Shown: positions 55,494-64,000 of the stretch, piece after piece | How positions within the stretch are numbered: position 1 is the first letter of the stretch | Layout: each line of letters starts with the position of its first letter | Origin: Takakia lepidozioides | Taxonomy: Eukaryota; Plantae; Bryophyta | Assembly (NCBI GenBank): GCA_030704615.1 | Contig: CM060734.1 | Coordinates: 3,286,001-3,350,000, forward strand | Length of the DNA stretch: 64,000 bases | Direction of reading: 5' to 3' | Made by a program: the position numbers and the translations under genes | The notes under the pieces: generated by a model | Databases searched by the model: none | Seen by the model: the letters and a program-made list of their open reading frames with translations, nothing else | Told to the model about the DNA's origin: nothing

Positions 55494-57318
55494 CTACACT
55501 CGGAGCAGGTGTGTCCCCTCCCACTTGAACCTCTTGGCTCGTTGTAGGATCCGATCCCTCTCCTTGGCAGTCTCAGTGGCTGCCGTGTCAGTGCGGAGAT
55601 AGTCCAACACAGCTGAATCCTCATGTATATCTTTGGCGCCACCTTGCTCATTGCTGGCCTCAGGGTCCTCAGACACTTGATCCACAGTCATCCCCGTTGC
55701 AGGTCCAACCTGGCCTTCCGCTGCCAAGATACACAGAAATGCAGATGCATGCCATCCGGGCACCATCTCCTCGTCCGTCTCACCATGCCACCGAGCTCCA
55801 GTGTCATCCTGCTGGCTCGTGCATGGATTGCGACTCAACCCATCTGCATTGCGATTGACCAAACCCGGTCGATGCACCACCTGAAAGTCATACTCTTGAA
55901 GGATGAGTGCCCACCGTGCAAGCTTCCCGTAAGCTTGTCTGACTCCATCAACCACTTGAGTGGTTGGTGATCCGTGACAAGGGTGAAGAGATTGCCGTAT
56001 AGATAGCACCTGAAGTGTGCCACGGCCCACACTGCAGCTAAGCATTCTCCCTCATATGAGCTATACTTAGACTCGGCAGCATTGTTCGAGCGGCTAGCAT
56101 AAGCCACTACGAACTCTCTTCCCTCATCATCCACCTGTGTGAGCACCGCTCCAACCTCAGCATGCTCCAATCTGTATGCAGCTAAAAGGGACGCCCCCTG
56201 ATAGGTCGTCTCAAGATGGGCGCCGAGGTCAACCTCGCCTTGAGCTCTTGGAAAGCTTGTTCCTGCTCATCTTCCCACTGCCACTCCTGGTCCACCTTGG
56301 TCAGCTTGGTTAGAGCCTTTGCAATGGCACTAAATCCCTTAACAAACCGTCTGTAATAGTTTGCTAACCCCATGAAAGCTCGAACTCGGCTCACATCCGT
56401 GGGGCGTGGAACCTGTGCAATGGACTCTACCTTAGTCTGTTGTACCCCCAATCCTCCAGGATATATCATGTGACCCAGATACTCAATCTGGTTGTGGAAA
56501 AACTTGCATTTGCCCGGATGTAACTTCAATCCGTGCGTCCTCAAGCGCTCAAATACCCCCTGAAGGTGTCTCTCATGCTCCTCCACCGTAGCACTAAAGA
56601 TGATGATGTCATCTATGTAGAATCGAGCAAACTCCACCCCTGCTAGAATCCTGTCCATGACTCTTTGAAACTCAGCGGGAGCGTTTTTAAGCCCAAATGG
56701 TAAGAACCGCCACTGGTATAGGCAATCCTTCCCGTGCTCATTGATCCCCCAGAATGCCGTCTTTTGCTTATCCGCCTCCTTGATCGGCAACTGGTGATAT
56801 CCGGATCGTAAATCCAACGTGCTAAAGACCTTGGCATGCCCAATGGCATCAAAGATCTCCTCTGGTGTTGGCATGGCATACCTATCGGACTTGGTCTGAC
56901 GATTTACAGGCCGGTAATCACCGCACATGCGTCTCTCCGTCCAATTGCCATAGACATCCTTCTTGGCTGGCATCACTGTGGCTGAAGCATACTCTCCACC
57001 AGAGAGCTCCACCAAACTTGCCTCCCAGAGATCTTGAGTCCTCATCTGAATCAAAGACCTCTCCATGTCACTGTATCTATAGGGTCTCCGAAAGATTGGC
57101 GTGTCAGTGGCCAACTCAATACGGATCTCTTGACCCTTCAGTGCTCCCAAGTCCTTCAAACTGAAGGCAAAGCAATTCCTATAAGCCCTCAGGAACCGCC
57201 GCATACGTCGTCTCTCTCCTCCGGTGACAATGGGTCCAATGTCAGGCTCCCAATTGTCCTCCGTAACTGCAACCTTAAGTCCAGTGGGCTTAGAGGTAGA
57301 GGACGCGTCCCGTGGTTG
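55494..57318 (-). pseudogene. RT and RNase H of the DNMT-Gypsy element
   Basis: [49 protein letters not shown] few stops and frameshifts. Confidence 0.92.
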
Positions 57319-57440
57319 CTATGCTGCAACCTCTTGAGCAATACTCCTTTCCTGCTCAGTCAATGACAAGGCCTCATCCTGCCCCATCATCTCATCATTG
57401 AGAACCTCCTCAACCCGAGAAGAATCCCCAACCTCATCCA

Positions 57441-59541
57441 TCACAGCTGCCTTGGCTGCCAACTCCCTCTGGGCCTCGAGCACCTCCCACGTGTGCCATG
57501 GATGTCTACACCCGTGGTCCTCACCGGCTCGCCGCCACTCGTTGCCTGTACCGTCTCGGTAGGCAGAGAGACCGTCAAAGGAAGTGCACTCCGCACTCTA
57601 CGTTGCTCAGCCATAGCCAAGCTGATAATCCAAGTCAAGCAATTGAGATCCATTGCTTGCCCCAACACCTGACGACGTGATGCCTCAGAAAGAGAAGGCA
57701 CCGCCGTGGTCCCAGTGGAAAACCCCATAGCCCGCTCTTGCTCGTCGGCATTAGGCTCCACTAACTGCTGCAACTGAGCATCCCACAGGAGGCCAGGTCC
57801 ACCATCCCGAAAAGCATGGGATCCTGGGAAGCTGAGCAATGTAGGTAATGCTGCTCGTGGTTGACCCACCCTGTTGACCACTGCCAAAGGCGAACGGTCA
57901 TCGTGTCTCACACGTTGAGACTGCCTCCCTGTGTCCAAAATGCCATCCACGGTGAGGTGTGCTGGCCGCTGCACCCCATCAAATGCACGCTTGAGTAGTG
58001 CGGGTGGCATCAAGTTAGTCCACCAAAGTCGTGGACGATGAGCCCGTGACCCCACTGCAGCTGCATCCAGCAACACTGCTGACCCAAGCCACGACCGGAC
58101 TTGATGCACACTGGCCATCACCCTAGCCCGAGAATCACCCATCAGTGGCACATTCTCCAAGATGTATGCCGGAGATACAGCCTGATGAAGCTGCAAGTGG
58201 CGCAAAATCCGCACCATCTCCCAAAACAGACCCGTCCTCGAGTCTCGCAATCCATTGCCATGCCCGGCTGATGAATGCCCTTGGCAGGGCCAACCTGCCA
58301 CTACCAGATCAATGGAGCCAACCCGCTCCAAATCCTGCGCCCCCAGCAACGCAATGTCTGCTGGCAAGGCCTGCTGATATCCACGAACTGCAGACACCGG
58401 CAACAACTCAGGGTGCTGCTGCACCATCTGAGCAACATGGTGCAGTGAGACGCGTCGTGCAGTCTCATCCCTCTCCACATACAGGTAACGTCGAACTCGT
58501 ACACCTGCCTGCAGCACTGCAGCCAATCCAGTGCTGATCCCGCCAAATAAGTCCAGAAGGCATATGCCTTCATCCGGCCGCTGCCACACAAGAGGTGTGG
58601 TGTCCAATGGCGACAACTGAGGTGGCCCTGGTGCAATCACCGCACTCTCCTCCTCTCCTGACGGTACAAAAGCTTCTACCCAAGCTTGTTGCACCCGTCC
58701 ATCAGCAGCTTGCTGCAAATCTTTGCTCGTACCCCACAACGGAGTGTGAGCAACCATGGCAGGCAACTCCGCCGTACCATGCATGTCATCCTGCTCTGCT
58801 GGAGGTGGCACATCCTCTGCATGGGCATTGCCTTCCAGCAACTCTCCAGGCCAACTAACTGCAGCTGTGAAGGCGGCTAGTGTTGGCATCTTGCCCCGCT
58901 GGGCAGCTGCAATACCCCCAATGAATGTCACAGGGAGCTGTGCACGGCGACCATCCCCTGACTGCCATCCAGGCCTGTAGGATGCTGACTCCTCCCAGAA
59001 ATCCAGGGTGAAGCCCATGGGGTATAACATTGCCCCACCAACGAGGACATCGTAAGAGACCGCGTCTGTCACAATGGCCTTGGCTCGCATCACTGAGCCA
59101 TCTACAGGATGATCCGGCTGCAGTCTAATAGCCAACTGATGCCGTGTCATGCCGCGAGCCTGCTCTGATCCTCCCAGAGATGTCTGTATCTGGAAAGGAC
59201 AAGGCTCCATATCCGCCTCCATGAGGCCCAAACCTGCAATAGCAGCTCTGCCCAACATCAGTGGCTGAGCTCCTGAGTCCAACAAGACCCGCAGTGGCCG
59301 GTACTTCTTGCCTGCCGGTCCATTCAAAGTGAAAATGCCTCCATGGTTGTCTAACAAGACAACTCCAGGTGTCACCATGGCGCGCTCAATGGCTGGCCTA
59401 GCTGGCAGCTCCGTTAACCTGGCAGCTGCAACTTGCCATGGCGCAGCCGTGGCAGTCTTGACCCTCAAATCCGAGAATCCCTCTGCCACTACACCTTCTA
59501 CTAACTCCGCAGAAGATGAAGTGACCTCCCCACTCTCACAG
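57441..59541 (-). CDS. Aspartic protease (~59020-59300) fused in frame to a DNMT3-like C5-cytosine methyltransferase (~57630-58565)
   Basis: Protease LLDSGA...DVLVG. DNMT motifs I LDLFGG, II YVE, III DI, IV AGWPCQG (Cys 58284-58286), VI ENV (58149-58157), VIII AHRPRLWW, IX EQERAMGF and X LGQAMD are in canonical order with no stop. Confidence 0.93.
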
Positions 59542-62500
59542 TTGTTCAATGCGAAAAAGAAATCCTGCAATGCGTGCAGGCCAATTGCACCCATTGAACG
59601 GTCGTGGTTGAAGCCCCTCTTTTGCCCGCACGTGTGCGGAGACACAACAGACGAATAAATCATTTGCCTCCCGCTCCCCCCTCAAGCCATTCCACATTTT
59701 TAATTGAATTTAAATCTATTTTAAGCCAATAAATAGGTTTGCACTGCCTTTCAGTGGGGGTTTCTGGCACGTATCGATTTCGTTTTTGGCTCAATTTTTG
59801 TTCTGCGGCTTCCAGCATCCCACGGCTACTCCCCCGCCAAAATTCGGACCAATCAAAAATGCCCCCCCAAAAAAGGTGTTCTCTTTTTTCGCTCACTATT
59901 GCAGAACTCTCTATGAAGAGTGCATGAAGTAGAACGCCAAATCAAGTTTGGAGTGCAAAACAGGGAAGAAACTGTGGTTTTGGGTCCAAATGAATTTTGA
60001 TCGCTCCCAAATTTGGCACGCACATTGCATATGGCTACATCACACGCCCCATTCAAAAACGGAATGAAAAACAAATCGTGAGCACGCGAAAACACAGTCC
60101 AACAGGTCCCAAAGCAATAGCAGCTCCAACAAAATACATTCAACGGGTGAACGGATGGTTGCCCATCCAAATCATTTTTGTTAGCTTCCAAACTTTGCCA
60201 GCACGTTCCAGACATCCTCTCACAGGTCCCGGACTAATATCAGATCAATCGAAAATTCATTCGATGGCTCAACGGATGGTTGGCCGTCGAAATGATTTTG
60301 GTTCGCTTCGAGACTTGGCCACTATGTTCAATGTGCCATGTAAGAGGCCCCAGAGTAATATGAGATCAATCGAAATTCGTTCAATGGGCCAACGGATGGT
60401 TGCCCATCCAAATGATTTCCGTTCGCTTTCAAACCTTGGCCAGTGTGTTCAATGTACACCCTCTGATACGTCCCAGTGTAATACGAGATCAATCGAAAAT
60501 CGTTCCATTGTCCAATGAGGCGTTCACTTGTCATCTGGTTTTTGTTCAATGCGAAAAAGAAATCCTGCAATGCGTGCAGGCCAATTGCACCCATTGAACG
60601 GTCGTGGTTGAAGCCCCTCTTTTGCCCGCACGTGTGCGGAGACACAACAGACGAATAAATCATTTGCCTCCCGCTCCCCCCTCAAGCCATTCCACATTTT
60701 TAATTGAATTTAAATCTATTTTAAGCCAATAAATAGGTTTGCACTGCCTTTCAGTGGGGGTTTCTGGCACGTATCGATTTCGTTTTTGGCTCAATTTTTG
60801 TTCTGCGGCTTCCAGCATCCCACGGCTACTCCCCCGCCAAAATTCGGACCAATCAAAAATGCCCCCCCAAAAAAGGTGTTCTCTTTTTTCGCTCACTATT
60901 GCAGAACTCTCTATGAAGAGTGCATGAAGTAGAACGCCAAATCAAGTTTGGAGTGCAAAACAGGGAAGAAACTGTGGTTTTGGGTCCAAATGAATTTTGA
61001 TCGCTCCCAAATTTGGCACGCACATTGCATATGGCTACATCACACGCCCCATTCAAAAACGGAATGAAAAACAAATCGTGAGCACGCGAAAACACAGTCC
61101 AACAGGTCCCAAAGCAATAGCAGCTCCAACAAAATACATTCAACGGGTGAACGGATGGTTGCCCATCCAAATCATTTTTGTTAGCTTCCAAACTTTGCCA
61201 GCACGTTCCAGACACCCTCTCACAGGTCCCGGACTAATATCAGATCAATCGAAAATTCATTCGATGGCTCAACGGATGGTTGGCCGTCGAAATGATTTTG
61301 GTTCGCTTCGAGACTTGGCCACTATGTTCAATGTGCCATGTAAGAGGCCCCAGAGTAATATGAGATCAATCGAAATTCGTTCAATGGGCCAACGGATGGT
61401 TGCCCATCCAAATGATTTCCGTTCGCTTTCAAACCTTGGCCAGTGTGTTCAATGTACACCCTCTGATACGTCCCAGTGTAATACGAGATCAATCGAAAAT
61501 CGTTCCATTGTCCAATGAGGCGTTCACTTGTCATCTGGTTTTTGTTCAATGCGAAAAAGAAATCCTGCAATGCGTGCAGGCCAATTGCACCCATTGAACG
61601 GTCGTGGTTGAAGCCCCTCTTTTGCCCGCACGTGTGCGGAGACACAACAGACGAATAAATCATTTGCCTCCCGCTCCCCCCTCAAGCCATTCCACATTTT
61701 TAATTGAATTTAAATCTATTTTAAGCCAATAAATAGGTTTGCACTGCCTTTCAGTGGGGGTTTCTGGCACGTATCGATTTCGTTTTTGGCTCAATTTTTG
61801 TTCTGCGGCTTCCAGCATCCCACGGCTACTCCCCCGCCAAAATTCGGACCAATCAAAAATGCCCCCCAAAAAAGGTGTTCTCTTTTTTCGCTCACTATTG
61901 CAGAACTCTCTATGAAGAGTGCATGAAGTAGAACGCCAAATCAAGTTTGGAGTGCAAAACAGGGAAGAAACTGTGGTTTTGGGTCCAAATGAATTTTGAT
62001 CGCTCCCAAATTTGGCACGCACATTGCATATGGCTACATCACACGCCCCATTCAAAAACGGAATGAAAAACAAATCGTGAGCACGCGAAAACACAGTCCA
62101 ACAGGTCCCAAAGCAATAGCAGCTCCAACAAAATACATTCAACGGGTGAACGGATGGTTGCCCATCCAAATCATTTTTGTTAGCTTCCAAACTTTGCCAG
62201 CACGTTCCAGACACCCTCTCACAGGTCCCGGACTAATATCAGATCAATCGAAAATTCATTCGATGGCTCAACGGATGGTTGGCCGTCGAAATGATTTTGG
62301 TTCGCTTCGAGACTTGGCCACTATGTTCAATGTGCCATGTAAGAGGCCCCAGAGTAATATGAGATCAATCGAAATTCGTTCAATGGGCCAACGGATGGTT
62401 GCCCATCCAAATGATTTCCGTTCGCTTTCAAACCTTGGCCAGTGTGTTCAATGTACACCCTCTGATACGTCCCAGTGTAATACGAGATCAATCGAAAATC

Positions 62501-63764
62501 GTTCAATTGTCCAATGAGGCGTTCACTTGTCATCTGGTTTTTGTTCAATGCGAAAAAGAAATCCTGCAATGCGTGCAGGCCAATTGCACCCATTGAACGG
62601 TCGTGGTTGAAGCCCCTCTTTTGCCCGCACGTGTGCGGAGACACAACAGACGAATAAATCATTTGCCTCCCGCTCCCCCCTCAAGCCATTCCACATTTTT
62701 AATTGAATTTAAATCTATTTTAAGCCAATAAATAGGTTTGCACTGCCTTTCAGTGGGGGTTTCTGGCACGTATCGATTTCATTTTTGGCTCAATTTTTGT
62801 TCTGCGGCTTCCAGCATCCCACGGCTACTCCCCCGCCAAAATTCGGACCAATCAAAAATGCCCCCCCAAAAAAGGTGTTCTCTTTTTTCGCTCACTATTG
62901 CAGAACTCTCTATGAAGAGTGCATGAAGTAGAACGCCAAATCAAGTTTGGAGTGCAAAACAGGGAAGAAACTGTGGTTTTGGGTCCAAATGAATTTTGAT
63001 CGCTCCCAAATTTGGCACGCACATTGCATATGGCTACATCACACGCCCCATTCAAAAACGGAATGAAAAACAAATCGTGAGCACGCGAAAACACAGTCCA
63101 ACAGGTCCCAAAGCAATAGCAGCTCCAACAAAATACATTCAACGGGTGAACGGATGGTTGCCCATCCAAATCATTTTTGTTAGCTTCCAAACTTTGCCAG
63201 CACGTTCCAGACACCCTCTCACAGGTCCCGGACTAATATCAGATCAATCGAAAATTCATTCGATGGCTCAACGGATGGTTGGCCGTCGAAATGATTTTGG
63301 TTCGCTTCGAGACTTGGCCACTATGTTCAATGTGCCATGTAAGAGGCCCCAGAGTAATATGAGATCAATCGAAATTCGTTCAATGGGCCAACGGATGGTT
63401 GCCCATCCAAATGATTTCCGTTCGCTTTCAAACCTTGGCCAGTGTGTTCAATGTACACCCTCTGATACGTCCCAGTGTAATACGAGATCAATCGAAAATT
63501 GTTCCATTGTCAAATGAGGCGTTCACTTGTCATCTGGTTTTTGTTCAATGCGAAAAAGAAATCCTGCAATGCGTGCAGGCCAATTGCACCCATTGAACGG
63601 TCGTGGTTGAAGCCCCTCTTTTGCCCGCACGTGTGCGGAGACACAACAGACGAATAAATCATTTGCCTCCCCATCGACGCGCTCCCCCCTCATGCCATTC
63701 CACATTTTTAATTGAATTTAAATCTATTTTAAGCCAATAAATAGGTTTGCACTGCCTTTCAGTG
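59542..63764 (-). repeat. 999-1000-bp satellite, block 4 (~4.2 nearly identical monomers)
   Basis: Equivalent ORFs at 59997, 60997, 61996 and 62996. Confidence 0.95.
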
Positions 63765-64000
63765 AGGCAAAGTGGCTCTTAGTTAGGCCGACCCGGCCGG
63801 CGTCATCTCTCTCTTTCTCTAGAAAAAATGTGATAAAACAAGTTGCTAACACTTTGAACTACTTCTGTGTATATATACAAGTGCAGAGGAGTCGTCATGT
63901 ACAATCAGACAAAAGATAAACAACGACCCATTAACAGCTGTCAGCCAGTTATGGACGCCGCAAAACTATTAAATGCGTACGTGGGAGAATAATGACGATA

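Larger units (their letters stand above)
53407..59541 (-). mobile_element. 5'-truncated Ty3/Gypsy element with pol = PR-DNMT-RT-RNaseH-INT-PHD; PPT ~53934-53940; 3' LTR 53407-53929
   Basis: Collinear domains in ORFs 57441..59663, 56182..57204, 55835..56170, 55494..56045 and 54189..55481. AGGGGG precedes the TGTGGTAG LTR start. Confidence 0.93.

Noticed and set aside
57441-59663. Host DNMT3/DRM gene
   Set aside because: Intronless, fused to a retroviral-type protease, followed by RT-INT-LTR, present in two copies, and not circularly permuted like DRM.
38048-63764. Many recurring 60-180 aa ORFs in the satellite as a tandem gene family
   Set aside because: They occur in several frames on both strands, have no recognisable domains, and are broken by indels between monomers.
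63765-64000. New element or gene start after the satellite
   Set aside because: Too short, with no diagnostic feature inside the window.

Overview
Eukaryotic, repeat-rich plant DNA. A non-seed land plant such as a bryophyte is my inference from the spliced NTRC gene and the TE families. Two intact host genes, NTRC (10 exons) and an STK19-like gene, sit between nested transposons and a ~1-kb satellite array. The most striking content is two unrelated DNA methyltransferases associated with mobile DNA. (1) A Ty3/Gypsy element (53407-59541, minus; second partial copy at 1917-3681) has the pol order protease - DNMT3-like C5-cytosine methyltransferase - RT - RNase H - integrase - PHD finger. Both copies share an in-frame TAG-CAA-CCA (read-through consensus UAG-CAR-YYA) between the DNMT and RT. 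(2) A decayed, intron-containing beta-class N6-adenine/N4-cytosine methyltransferase gene (4794-7139) lies with a SWIM zinc-finger gene between two related palindromic repeat arrays, probably a large DNA transposon split by a Gypsy element. Also present are a full-length chromovirus inserted in the satellite, a fold-back inversion in the satellite, and a Gypsy element with ~4.3 kb of extra 3' ORFs. All calls come from manual motif reading; no searches were run.
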